From an uncultured Candidatus Saccharibacteria bacterium (GTDB taxonomy: Bacteria; Patescibacteriota; Minisyncoccia; Phycocordibacterales; UBA12088), in NCBI GenBank assembly GCA_964409035.1, contig CAYPBQ010000005.1, forward strand, positions 1-60,166: a stretch of 60,166 nt of DNA. The letters run 5' to 3'. The notes below the pieces were generated by a model. That model worked only from the letters and a program-made list of their open reading frames with translations, ran no database searches and was not told where the DNA came from. The position numbers and the translations under genes are program-made. Of the stretch, positions 38,803 to 48,000 are shown one piece after another (positions within the stretch are counted from its first letter, which is position 1; every line of letters begins with the position of its first letter).

Positions 38803-41094
38803 CTAGACTATTTCGCACGTACCGCCGGTGCATGCAAGTGTCTTTGCGCCCTCTGTTACATCTTCCTGTTCATATACATAGAGCTTTGAGAAATCTATCG
38901 CAGGAAATGCCTTTGCTCGCGCCTCATATTCTTCAGCAGAAATCTCTTCATATGGAGCAAGTTGATAGATGTGCTCGCTTCGTGGAAGGAATGAAAGTCC
39001 GCCGACAATATCCCAATTTTTGTATACCCAATCACCTACCGCAAGCCACTCATCCTCTCCTACTGAGATGGTAACTGATGGGTTATGCTCGGTATAATTT
39101 TCTTTTGCTATCTTCCAATATGCAAGGTGATCAAGCGCCGACACGTCATCCTTTACCACCGCTCCCGCAGGGGCCTTTACTGGGAATTCAAGTACCCATG
39201 TTTTTGCATTCTCTCTTGTCTGCCCCACCTCAGGATGATACGGAACCCCTTCATCAACGAGCATTTTAAAGAGTGGGTTATGACCCTCTATACGCACTCG
39301 GCGAATGTAATACTTTGCGTGACGTGGGTGCAATCCTGATGAACAGTTGAAAAGTTGTGAACCATTACCAGAAGGTTTTACGGTAGTAACACATGTTGAT
39401 GGGTTAATACCAAATCGCGCTGAATATTCTCTATTTACTTCAACAGCAATCTCCTTCAGCTTTCTTAGTGTTTGCGGATTTCTTACCACTGGAGAATCCC
39501 ATTGTCCGGTGATTGATACACCCAGAAGCGCTTCCTCGTCACAATTATTCTTCCAATCTTCTGATAGGTAGTTGAATTTGGTAAGTGATGCCTGATACGT
39601 ACCAAGTATAGTTGCGATACGCACCTTCTTCATAAGTGTTTCTTCTGTATCCCCTGCTCGAGCTACCACCTCACTCAAGTTGCAAAATTGTTTTGACTTC
39701 AACACAATTTCTCCACATGGGTTAGTACCCGTCTTCCATCTCTCCTCTTGTGAAAGATTTCTCCATCGTCGAGCTGGTACCTGCTGGGTAAGGCTTCCTC
39801 TGTTGAAGATACCCCGTTCTCCAGATCCTGATATCGCAAGGTTTGTCCACTCATCAAGAAATTGACGCATGGTAGGCTTTTCGTTATAGGCAACAGAGTT
39901 GTTTGCCATTGATCGCTCTGGACTAGTGAGGTAAAACTGGCCATTCTTTGCTGTTCGCAGATCACTATCATCAAGATCAGAGAGTGAGATAAGCGCGCTC
40001 CTTCTCACGCCGCCTGCTACTACAATTTCTCCAATCATGCAGATGATGTCGTGTACATCAAGTGTGGTGAGATGTCTCCCTTGTCGGGCGATCATTTTCT
40101 CGCGGGTGTAGTTGATCAATTTTATAAGTGGGTCTGGTCCTGATGCTCTGCCCCCCATAGTCTTTAGTCGCGCGCCCTGAGGACGAATCTTACTGTAATC
40201 AAATTGTATATCTTTGCCTGAGGACCAAACATCAAGTGCTTTTACAAATGCGTTTGCCCATCCTTCTTTGCTATCTTCAACCACATGAGTAGGGAGCATC
40301 TCTCCGCGCTGACGCTGTATGAGCGGTAACTGCTCTACTGTTTGCCTCTCCACTGAAAATCCCATACCAGTACCGCACATAAGCACGTACATGATTTCAC
40401 CAAAGTCACGCCACGCTGATGGCGCCACGTAGGCACAGTTATACACACAGACATTTGTTTTACGCGCCGCCTCCCCAGCACTCCACAATAGACGCATAGA
40501 GCCCATCGCCTCCATCTTGAGCATACTCTCTCTTACCTCGGCATACTCTGCCTCAGTGAGCTTGGAGCCGATATTCTCTCTCATGAAGTCAATGTATCTG
40601 TCTATCGCCTCTATCCATGACTCTCTTCTGCCTTTCTCAGGGATCCAGCGGGCATACATGGTGTAGAAAATGAATTCAGAAAGCTGGTTTTGGAAATACT
40701 TCTTACTTGAATCCACCAGTTCCTTAACTTCTTGAGGCACTGAAAGAACCTGCTTTCTCTCTTCTGCTCGTTTTTGTCGATACAAAATATACGCCTTCGC
40801 AGTTTCAGTGAGCCCAAGAAGCATGAGCTCCTTCTCTACCAAATCCTGTACATCCTCAACTGTAGGAGGATTGCTCGAAGCGTCCTTTCTGTGTGATAGC
40901 GCAACAACCACCGCATCTGAAACAACCGATGGTAATCCTGTTTTGTACTCTCCCGTTTCTTTAAGTGCTTTTTCGGCGGCACTTGCGATTTTTGTCTTAT
41001 CAAAAGTAACCGGCTTACCATCTCGCTTTATTATGCTGGTTGGTAATGGTAGCGACTTTTTTTCTGTCGCCATGCGTGGGGTGCTTTCACTCAT
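38803..41094 (-). CDS. nrdJ: Adenosylcobalamin-dependent (class II) ribonucleotide reductase with N-terminal ATP-cone
   Basis: 763 aa with an ATP-cone (IIKRDGKPVTFDKTKIASA), NPCGEIVL, FCNLSEV, and a C-terminal CTGGTCEIV tail. Confidence 0.92.
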   Translation of the reverse strand: MSESTPRMATEKKSLPLPTSIIKRDGKPVTFDKTKIASAAEKALKETGEYKTGLPSVVSDAVVVALSHRKDASSNPPTVEDVQDLVEKELMLLGLTETAKAYILYRQKRAEERKQVLSVPQEVKELVDSSKKYFQNQLSEFIFYTMYARWIPEKGRRESWIEAIDRYIDFMRENIGSKLTEAEYAEVRESMLKMEAMGSMRLLWSAGEAARKTNVCVYNCAYVAPSAWRDFGEIMYVLMCGTGMGFSVERQTVEQLPLIQRQRGEMLPTHVVEDSKEGWANAFVKALDVWSSGKDIQFDYSKIRPQGARLKTMGGRASGPDPLIKLINYTREKMIARQGRHLTTLDVHDIICMIGEIVVAGGVRRSALISLSDLDDSDLRTAKNGQFYLTSPERSMANNSVAYNEKPTMRQFLDEWTNLAISGSGERGIFNRGSLTQQVPARRWRNLSQEERWKTGTNPCGEIVLKSKQFCNLSEVVARAGDTEETLMKKVRIATILGTYQASLTKFNYLSEDWKNNCDEEALLGVSITGQWDSPVVRNPQTLRKLKEIAVEVNREYSARFGINPSTCVTTVKPSGNGSQLFNCSSGLHPRHAKYYIRRVRIEGHNPLFKMLVDEGVPYHPEVGQTRENAKTWVLEFPVKAPAGAVVKDDVSALDHLAYWKIAKENYTEHNPSVTISVGEDEWLAVGDWVYKNWDIVGGLSFLPRSEHIYQLAPYEEISAEEYEARAKAFPAIDFSKLYVYEQEDVTEGAKTLACTGGTCEIV

Positions 41095-41372
41095 ACAGTG
41101 TGGACAGTCAATCTGCTTGCCCGTATAGAAACAAACTGACCGTGGTAAATAAATTAATAATGCGTGTATTTGATTGTCCCACCTTGAGCACTTGCCTCCA
41201 AGAAAATCCCCACTAGATCAACTCTCGAGGTACTTGTCCAGATCACACGAATTTGTATTTGTAAAATGAGCTTACGCCTCGTGACAAATTTTGCCCCCTC
41301 TCCACATATAAAAAACCAAAAAATTGGTGTTGATAAAAATCGTGAAAAATACCCTGTGGAAAACTTTTATCC

Positions 41373-42335
41373 CTACTCAGGTAGGTATACCGCACTTTGT
41401 GGATGTGCGTTTTTCCACGCAAACCAATACGCCATAGTATACATAAGTGGTATATCTCCTCGCGGTGTGACCACATACAGCCTTGTATCTCCATAGGACT
41501 TACGCTCAATTTTGATGGTATTGCCCGCAAAGCTGTCATGAGTGACCCCCTTAGCTAATGCGTATAGCGGATATGCTTTTGTCTTGCCGTTATATTGAAC
41601 CCCTAAGACCAACTGCTTTGGGTGCATACTTGGAGAGACTTCCTCTTTTGCGCCATACGCTATATCCCATGAGGTGTAGTATCCACCAATCCCATATGGA
41701 TCATCTGCGTAGTTTCTTCCATACGGAGTGCGTATTGATAATATCTTAGTATCTGGATGGAGCGCTTTCCACGCACTGTAGGGCAACACATCATATGGTC
41801 GTATTGCAAGTTTCTCACCTGTGTTTATGCCCACCACTGCCTCACCCAGTATCTGCGACCACAGTGACTCATCTTTTAAAGACTCTGATTTGTTATACAT
41901 AAGCAAATTAGATTTCCAGAATCTGCTTGAAACTTTAAATTCATACACGACCCCATTTATACTCCTATCAAAGACTACCGCAGTGCCCGATAGCGGGTTA
42001 TATGTCACCAAAATAGGCACTCCTGCAATAGTGTCGTTTATCACCTCGTGCCAGAGCATGATACTAAAAGGATAAAATCGTTTCTCTCCCTTATATTCAA
42101 TACCAATACCTATTGTCTCTTGAAGCAAAAACACATCCGCCTCTTCAGTGGTGGTAAACAAAGGATTAGTGAGTGCGGGAACTCCCCCTTTGGGAACCTT
42201 GCTTGAAATAATCTCACTAAGCGGTATGGAGTGGCGTACACCGCCCGTTACGTCGTACGCATACGCAGGAACCGCAAGTAATAACAGCGATGATAGCAAC
42301 ACCGAAATTGCAACTCGTCGATAAACAATACTCAT
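41373..42335 (-). CDS. DUF3179 domain secreted protein
   Basis: Signal peptide from ATG 42335 (MSIVYRRVAISVLLSSLLLLAVPAYA). PALTNP, FYPFSIMLWHEVINDT..VPILVTYNPLSGTA and MYAWFAWKNAHP-type motifs. Confidence 0.8.
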   Translation of the reverse strand: MSIVYRRVAISVLLSSLLLLAVPAYAYDVTGGVRHSIPLSEIISSKVPKGGVPALTNPLFTTTEEADVFLLQETIGIGIEYKGEKRFYPFSIMLWHEVINDTIAGVPILVTYNPLSGTAVVFDRSINGVVYEFKVSSRFWKSNLLMYNKSESLKDESLWSQILGEAVVGINTGEKLAIRPYDVLPYSAWKALHPDTKILSIRTPYGRNYADDPYGIGGYYTSWDIAYGAKEEVSPSMHPKQLVLGVQYNGKTKAYPLYALAKGVTHDSFAGNTIKIERKSYGDTRLYVVTPRGDIPLMYTMAYWFAWKNAHPQSAVYLPE

Positions 42336-42343
42336 AGTGGATA

Positions 42344-42772
42344 TTAAAGTATCACAAAATGGGCAGAGTACACACTCACGGCAACAATTGTAGAAATAAT
42401 CACCCCCCACACAATATCCACAATAACCAGTCTCATTGGCCAACGAACAAGCGTTGCTCTGTTGGTAAGATCATACGTCATGTAGGTGAAAAATCCGTAT
42501 AATCCGCCGAGCACTGCTGCCACTACTAATTCTTGCGTATACAAGGCAGGTATTACCGCAAACACGATAATACCCGCAACAAAAAGTAGGTAAAATAGTA
42601 TCGCGCTATTCCAGCGTATTGTAGGAGCAAGTAGCCCTTCCATTTCCTTTGCGTAAAACTTTTTTGCTACAATCCCGAGCCACAACATATCTATAATAAA
42701 AAACGCAACTAGCCCCACAATATATAGAAGCAACACATCGCTATAGCTATTTGGAAAGATGATCGAGGTCAT
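42344..42772 (-). CDS. DUF2177-like membrane protein
   Basis: 142 aa from ATG 42772, starting 2 nt after the upstream stop. It has 4 TM helices and FIIDMLWLGIVAKKFY. Confidence 0.7.
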   Translation of the reverse strand: MTSIIFPNSYSDVLLLYIVGLVAFFIIDMLWLGIVAKKFYAKEMEGLLAPTIRWNSAILFYLLFVAGIIVFAVIPALYTQELVVAAVLGGLYGFFTYMTYDLTNRATLVRWPMRLVIVDIVWGVIISTIVAVSVYSAHFVIL

Positions 42773-42774
42773 AA

Positions 42775-44043
42775 TTAGTAGGTTACTTTGTCTACTTGAT
42801 TGCCAAATTGATCGAGAAGCACAAGCTCTTCCCTGCTTTTTCTCCACAACTCATCTGAACGGTTTAGATATATTCGCCACTCGTCTTTCCAAAAATCTGA
42901 GTCTGAAAGATGCTTATCTATGCACGCGTTGTAGTTGATGTTGTTTTCTACAAAATACCTACACGCGAGCGATATAGTGGTTGGGATTTCAGATGAAAGT
43001 GGCGCTTTGCATGATGAAAGTCGTGATACATATGTCCTGCATGAATCATCAGTGAGAGGGATTTTGCCATATGCCTCAAATTCATCCTCTGGGTCTGGGC
43101 ACGAAGTAGTAATCGAGGGCTTAAAGGTGTAATAGTTACGCAAGTAACCCATGCACTTATTCTCTCTGAAGCTCTTTTGAGTAAGTGGCGACATACCCGT
43201 CACAATGGTAAGGGTATCTTTCGGCTTCATTCTAAGCTCGTCTGTGGTGCCAGATCTACCAAATCTAAATAGCGGCGACACTGTATCAAGAGTAATCACG
43301 TTATTGGTGATATTACTCTGCACCTTCCATCCAGAAAGGATTACATCCGAGCCTGCTTTGTCGTCAATTTCTATTTCTATGTATTCATCTTTAGCGAGTG
43401 CATTATTTGCGCTTGCTTTCTTTAATACAACCTTCCCGGCGTAAAATGATGTGTTTCCTTCATTTTTGGTTCCATTATCACTTGTCGAGGTATCATTTAT
43501 CGGCTCATTACTAACAATACCTGGCACAACTGATCCAGAAATAATTGCATTCATTGCCTTTCTTGTTGAAGGGCCGAGCATGCCGTACCCAGTAGTGCTT
43601 GCATCACCACTGGTCACAATACCCTTGGCTGATTGAAAACGTTTGAGCGCGGTAACTGATAACTCACCAAAATACCCGCTAAACACTCCTTCAGGGTAGT
43701 ACCCAAGCTCATTAAGAATGAGCTGCAAATTTTTTACATCCTCACCAGTTGAGCCATATCCGATTGCTCGTGTAAATGCGGTGTACTCACGCATCAGCAC
43801 GAGCCCTGATGGACTTCCTCCTGTTGCAGTAGAGAGTTGTGTAGATTGATCCTTTTGCGCTTTGGCAAGGGTTTCTCTAAGTGCTTTGAGTTGCTCTTGC
43901 AAAATAAGTATCTCCTGCTCTTTTTGTTGGATAGATCGCTGGATATCGCTAATGATTGTTTGTCCAAATGCAAATGGTACAAGAGTGGTTATTGCAATCA
44001 CACACACTCCTATAATGGATAGGTAATATACACTTTTTTTCAT
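42775..44043 (-). CDS. Secreted peptidoglycan-binding protein with lamin-tail-like (LTD) and Cys-rich region
   Basis: Signal peptide, a coiled coil, PG_binding_1 (GSTGEDVKNLQLILNELGYY...ALKRFQSAKGI), then EYIEIEIDD...LSGWKVQS and ELVLLDQFGNQVDKVTY with 8 Cys between them. Confidence 0.8.
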   Translation of the reverse strand: MKKSVYYLSIIGVCVIAITTLVPFAFGQTIISDIQRSIQQKEQEILILQEQLKALRETLAKAQKDQSTQLSTATGGSPSGLVLMREYTAFTRAIGYGSTGEDVKNLQLILNELGYYPEGVFSGYFGELSVTALKRFQSAKGIVTSGDASTTGYGMLGPSTRKAMNAIISGSVVPGIVSNEPINDTSTSDNGTKNEGNTSFYAGKVVLKKASANNALAKDEYIEIEIDDKAGSDVILSGWKVQSNITNNVITLDTVSPLFRFGRSGTTDELRMKPKDTLTIVTGMSPLTQKSFRENKCMGYLRNYYTFKPSITTSCPDPEDEFEAYGKIPLTDDSCRTYVSRLSSCKAPLSSEIPTTISLACRYFVENNINYNACIDKHLSDSDFWKDEWRIYLNRSDELWRKSREELVLLDQFGNQVDKVTY

Positions 44044-44096
44044 ATAACCCAGTATAGCAAATAATCTTGCCTTACTTGGTGTGTACTGTGTATAGA

Positions 44097-44468
44097 CTAC
44101 TTTCTGAGTGAGTCTCTAATCTGCTTCAATAGCTCAACCTCTTCACTTGGTTTAGCAGGTGCTTGTGGGGCCTCCTCTTCCTTTTTCTTCATTGCGTTAA
44201 TTGCCTTAATTAGCACAAACAATGCAAATGCAACAATTACAAATACGATAGTTGCCTGAATAAACTTGCCGTACGCAAGTGTTGCAGATCCAACAGTAAA
44301 TGAAAGTCCGCTAAAGTTAATTCCACCAGTGAGTACACCAACAATCGGCATCAAAATATCACCCACTAGTGAGTCAACAATTTTACCAAAGGCACCTCCA
44401 ATAACGACACCGACTGCTAGGTCAATAACATTACCTCGCATCGCAAACTTCTTAAATTCTTCAATCAT
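44097..44468 (-). CDS. mscL: Large-conductance mechanosensitive channel
   Basis: [41 protein letters not shown]. Confidence 0.95.
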   Translation of the reverse strand: MIEEFKKFAMRGNVIDLAVGVVIGGAFGKIVDSLVGDILMPIVGVLTGGINFSGLSFTVGSATLAYGKFIQATIVFVIVAFALFVLIKAINAMKKKEEEAPQAPAKPSEEVELLKQIRDSLRK

Positions 44469-44526
44469 GTAGATGGTACTAGCTATTAATTTGCCTCGAT
44501 AGTAGCATATAAATACTATAGTATCT

Positions 44527-44934
44527 ATGTTTTTGGACCAAATAATTAAAGGAAATAAACAAGCATTTATCCCCTACTCCCTTGCGGGTACGGCACTTTT
44601 TAGTATAGAGCTATTCTCCCTCTGGATACTTATTGACTACCTTGGTGTCCCATATCTATACGCCACCGGTCCTACATTTTTTATTGCGGTATCAATACAC
44701 TATTATCTATCAAAAAAATTCGCCTTCGGGAGGCACCGTGGTAAAAACCGATTTTCCTATGTAAAATTTTTACTCATTGCCTTTAGTGGCGCAATTGCAG
44801 TTACTACAGTGATTTACTTATTGACTGAACACACCCACATCAATCCACTTAGCGCACGTGCATTACTGGCAACACTAACCGGTATCGGCACATTCTTTCT
44901 TCATAAACACATCACGTTTAAGCCTACTCATTAG
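44527..44934 (+). CDS. GtrA-family membrane protein
   Basis: 135 aa, 4 TM helices, and a YYLSKKFAF motif typical of GtrA-like proteins. Confidence 0.75.
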   Translation: MFLDQIIKGNKQAFIPYSLAGTALFSIELFSLWILIDYLGVPYLYATGPTFFIAVSIHYYLSKKFAFGRHRGKNRFSYVKFLLIAFSGAIAVTTVIYLLTEHTHINPLSARALLATLTGIGTFFLHKHITFKPTH

Positions 44935-44935
44935 A

Positions 44936-45436
44936 CTATTGGGTTCGATGCCGGCGTTTTGGACCCAATTGCCTACCAAACTGCATATCAAATGGTGCTA
45001 CCGCCATTAGCCACGCTACCATTCCTTGCCCCTTCCATTTTTCTATAAAGTGCTCTCTCTCGTAGCGAATTTTTGGACCATGCCATGGATCGCGTAGCGT
45101 GATGTATGTAGGCCCATATCCTGATACCACTGCATAATGTTCATCTTGAGAAAGTGAACGCTCAATAAACCTTACAATCACAGGTATTTTTCTATGAAGA
45201 AAGTAGCCGATTTCTTCTATGTGTGCAGATTCATTCACATACACATAAAGACCATGACGCCTCGCTTCTTCTTCCATCGCAGAACGTAAGGTGCCGACTG
45301 AGTAATTAGTACCCATCCATCTTGCTAGTCGCTTTTCGCTATCATCAATCCCCCAATACGCGAGCGCCATTTGGAGCGATGCGGCTCCGCAGGTATATAC
45401 GGTGTCTTGTTTAAAGTACGGTATAGATATTCTCAT
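44936..45436 (-). CDS. Peptidase C39-like (papain-fold) protein
   Basis: YFKQDTVYTCGAASLQMALAYWGI carries the catalytic-Cys context of C39-like domains, and HYAVVSGY supplies the His. Confidence 0.75.
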   Translation of the reverse strand: MRISIPYFKQDTVYTCGAASLQMALAYWGIDDSEKRLARWMGTNYSVGTLRSAMEEEARRHGLYVYVNESAHIEEIGYFLHRKIPVIVRFIERSLSQDEHYAVVSGYGPTYITLRDPWHGPKIRYEREHFIEKWKGQGMVAWLMAVAPFDMQFGRQLGPKRRHRTQ

Positions 45437-45470
45437 ACATTACAAAGCTATGTGCATATAAAACACTACA

Positions 45471-46166
45471 TCACCACGGTCTGTATATCTTAAACAATTT
45501 AACACTGCCTACTGCAATACTAATAGTTGCGACAAGTGCGATGGTGAGAAATCCTTCTTCATTACTGATGGTATGAATGTCAATTACATATGGCACAAGT
45601 AACGCTCCAACTGTCGCCACCGCGACAACCATTGTCTTGACTCGAAGCGAAGAGAGAAATACTTTGCGTACATTTCCACCCTCGGTAATTTGTGCTACCT
45701 CATAATTTGCCCTAAATGCCGGAAACCATGTGGTAAAAAGTCTATCGTGTACCGAAACAGACTCTGATCTGACTGAAGAGATCATTTTTTTATAGTATGT
45801 TTTTGCAAGATAAATATTAATAATCCCTGCGCTGTACCATCCTAATAGTACACACATGATAGTTACTATAAACACACCAAGTCCGCTCACCTGGGAAAGA
45901 ATGGTGAGGATAACAATAAGTGTTGTGCCAGGGAAAAAATTACCAACAAGGTATGTGCCTTCAATTAAAATAGAAACGAATGCAGCAATATATAGATGTG
46001 TTCCACTTGCGGTTGAAAGGTACGCAACAAGTTCTTCTACTCCTGGTATGGTAGCGCTGAGTATTCCCATCGTTCCGTAGGTGATAAGTCCCACTCCAGA
46101 GACAATCCATGTCATTGCGGAGTAAAATGATTCTTTGTTTGAAACTTTGCCTATATTCCCTTCCAT
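45471..46166 (-). CDS. Polytopic membrane protein, DedA/VTT-like
   Basis: 231 aa with about 6 TM helices. ILIEGTYLVGNFFPGTTL resembles the DedA signature. Confidence 0.6.
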   Translation of the reverse strand: MEGNIGKVSNKESFYSAMTWIVSGVGLITYGTMGILSATIPGVEELVAYLSTASGTHLYIAAFVSILIEGTYLVGNFFPGTTLIVILTILSQVSGLGVFIVTIMCVLLGWYSAGIINIYLAKTYYKKMISSVRSESVSVHDRLFTTWFPAFRANYEVAQITEGGNVRKVFLSSLRVKTMVVAVATVGALLVPYVIDIHTISNEEGFLTIALVATISIAVGSVKLFKIYRPW

Positions 46167-46235
46167 TTGGTAACTATATCAAATTACCTCCTTTTTTCTC
46201 CACTTCGTTTCGCAAAATCGTAGACCGCCTCCGCC

Positions 46236-46260
46236 GTTCGATTCCCGTACTCACTCCAAA
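46236..46260 (+). pseudogene. Decayed tRNA 3'-half fragment (T-loop plus acceptor-like), inverted relative to tRNA-His
   Basis: GTTCGATTCCCGTACTCACTCCAAA compared with the tRNA-His 3' part GTTCGATTCCCAGTAGTCGCCCAAA: an 11-nt exact core and about 22 of 27 positions overall. It has no matching 5' half or T-stem. Confidence 0.5.
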
Positions 46261-46304
46261 CGGCAACAACCGAAACGCATTCGCGTATTCGGTCTGCCGA
46301 TTTG

Positions 46305-46377
46305 GGCGACTACTGGGAATCGAACCCAGATCAGGGGCTCCACAAACCCCTGTGTTGACCATTACACCATAGTCGCC
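46305..46377 (-). tRNA. tRNA-His (anticodon GTG) with encoded G-1
   Basis: Manual fold: G-1, acceptor GCGACTA/TAGTCGC, U8, D-stem GTGT/ACAC, anticodon arm GGGGT-TTGTGGA-GCCCC, T-arm CTGGG-TTCGATT-CCCAG, discriminator C. CCA is not fully encoded. Confidence 0.9.
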
Positions 46378-46432
46378 ATGCAAAATACTTTATATACACA
46401 GTCCCCTACTGCTCATGATTTATAGCAGACTC

Positions 46433-46468
46433 CAGACAAAAAGGAAACGCCCACTCTTTCGAGTGGGC
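46433..46468 (-). terminator. Terminator after spoVR
   Basis: gcccactc-gaaa-gagtgggc followed by gtttcctttttgt on the minus strand. Confidence 0.7.
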
Positions 46469-46474
46469 TCCCTC

Positions 46475-47875
46475 CTAGGTGTTTGTTATTCTAAATTTTC
46501 CGTTTTCCGTTCTCAGTAGCTTTTTGAATGCTCCGACCACCGTCTCAAGGCAGACATCACCACCCCACAAAGTTGAGAGGTGGACCAAAGTCTTCTCGGC
46601 CTGTGCCACTTCGAGATCCCGTCCGTCGTGCTCGTGGACGAGATAGAGGGTACGCGTCCCGCCGTAGTTCGCGTCCTTTATCTTGATAACCGGGAAGCTG
46701 TTCGACCCGATCTGCGCGAGCAGGTGGTTCTTCACGCTCTGCCAATGGTCCTCGTCGCTCACCTCCGTAACGACCAAGTGGTCGCCACGAGGCTTGTAGG
46801 CGAAGAGGTCGAGCTCGTGCATCAACTCGGGCGTCAGGAAGCGGCGTAGGAACGAGACGTCACGCTCCGCCTCACGGATCTGCATCAGCTTGTCCCTTGC
46901 TTCCTTGCTCTCGACCCCGCCGAAGCGCTTCTCCAGCATCGTCCAGAGCACAAAGCCCACATGGTAGGGATTGAGGCCGCCCAGATGTGGGCAGACCACC
47001 TGGTTGTGCCGAACCAAGAACTCCATGTGAAGCTCTGGCGGCAGCTCGATCGCGTTCATGAGCTTGTGGTGCCAGAAGCTGGCCCAGCCCTCGTTCATGA
47101 TCTTGGTATCAATCTGGGGCAGGAAGTAGCAGGTCTCCTCATCGACGATGGTGAGGATATCCCGCTGCCAGGCAGCGAGGTCCTTGTTGTTGTCACGAAC
47201 AAACAGAAGGATGTCCTGATCGGGCTCCAGCGGGAAGCGTGATAGATCGGGCGGATTGTGGACCGCGGTCTTGTGGATGGCGGCAAAGGGATCGCGCCTT
47301 GGCTCCGCCAGATCCCACAGCCGCTCACGCTGACCCTCAGTGTTGAGCTTCTTGATCGCCTGGTTCCGCGTACGATTGAAGGCCAGCGCGTGCGCGGCAT
47401 CAAGGAACAGCTCGACCGCGTCCGCGCCTATAGAGGGATCCTCCATGTAGCGGCGGATCCGATCGGCTCTGGTCTTGAAGGAGGCGATCGTCTCACTGGC
47501 GCGCGTGGCGCTGGTGAAGGTGAAGTTGTTCTTGAAGAAGTCGTTGTGCCCGTAGACATGCGCGATCGTTAGGATTTGTAGGCACAGGCTGTTGTCGCGC
47601 ATGAGGTATGCAAGGCAGGGGTCGGAATTTATCACGAGCTCATACGGGAGGCCTGTCACCCCGTAGTCGTACATCGTCTTGGTCTGCTCGTATGCCTTGC
47701 CATAAGACCAGTGCGGATAGTGCGAGGGCATGCCGTGATATGCCATGTAACCGAGCATGGCATTTTGATCGCAGACCTCAAACTCCTGACGGTAACAGTC
47801 GAGCCCGTATTCGGCGACCTTCACCTGAATCCGCTTGTCCCATTGCTCGAGATCCTTAAGACTCCATTCAGACAT
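46475..47875 (-). CDS. spoVR: SpoVR/YcgB family protein
   Basis: 466 aa from ATG 47875, with AAGGAG 7 nt upstream. It has family-typical AHVYGHNDFFKNN and IMNEGWASFWH motifs. Confidence 0.9.
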   Translation of the reverse strand: MSEWSLKDLEQWDKRIQVKVAEYGLDCYRQEFEVCDQNAMLGYMAYHGMPSHYPHWSYGKAYEQTKTMYDYGVTGLPYELVINSDPCLAYLMRDNSLCLQILTIAHVYGHNDFFKNNFTFTSATRASETIASFKTRADRIRRYMEDPSIGADAVELFLDAAHALAFNRTRNQAIKKLNTEGQRERLWDLAEPRRDPFAAIHKTAVHNPPDLSRFPLEPDQDILLFVRDNNKDLAAWQRDILTIVDEETCYFLPQIDTKIMNEGWASFWHHKLMNAIELPPELHMEFLVRHNQVVCPHLGGLNPYHVGFVLWTMLEKRFGGVESKEARDKLMQIREAERDVSFLRRFLTPELMHELDLFAYKPRGDHLVVTEVSDEDHWQSVKNHLLAQIGSNSFPVIKIKDANYGGTRTLYLVHEHDGRDLEVAQAEKTLVHLSTLWGGDVCLETVVGAFKKLLRTENGKFRITNT

Positions 47876-47937
47876 GCTGATTCTCCTTGTAGCCACCCAT
47901 GATGAGTGGCTTCTGTCGGCAGAGTATACTAAATGTA

Positions 47938-47977
47938 TAAAAAGAAAAGAGAGAGTCGGACATTGTCCAACTCTCTG
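47938..47977 (-). terminator. Terminator after yhbH-like gene
   Basis: gagagt-t-ggaca-atg... hairpin (stems GAGAGT/ACTCTC and GGAC/GTCC) followed by cttttcttttt on the minus strand. Confidence 0.55.
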
Positions 47978-48000
47978 AATGCGCTACCATCTTCTTATGT

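Noticed and set aside
41095-41372. NrdR boxes or a cobalamin riboswitch upstream of nrdJ.
   Set aside because: CCACTAGAT and CCACATATA half-sites are present but not palindromic, and they lie about 80 nt apart rather than the usual roughly 31 nt. No B12-box (GCCACTG-type) core was visible. This still needs an Infernal scan.
46109-46383. ORFs 46109..46372 (+) and 46174..46383 (-).
   Set aside because: They overlap tRNA-His and the tRNA-like fragment and have no coding signal.
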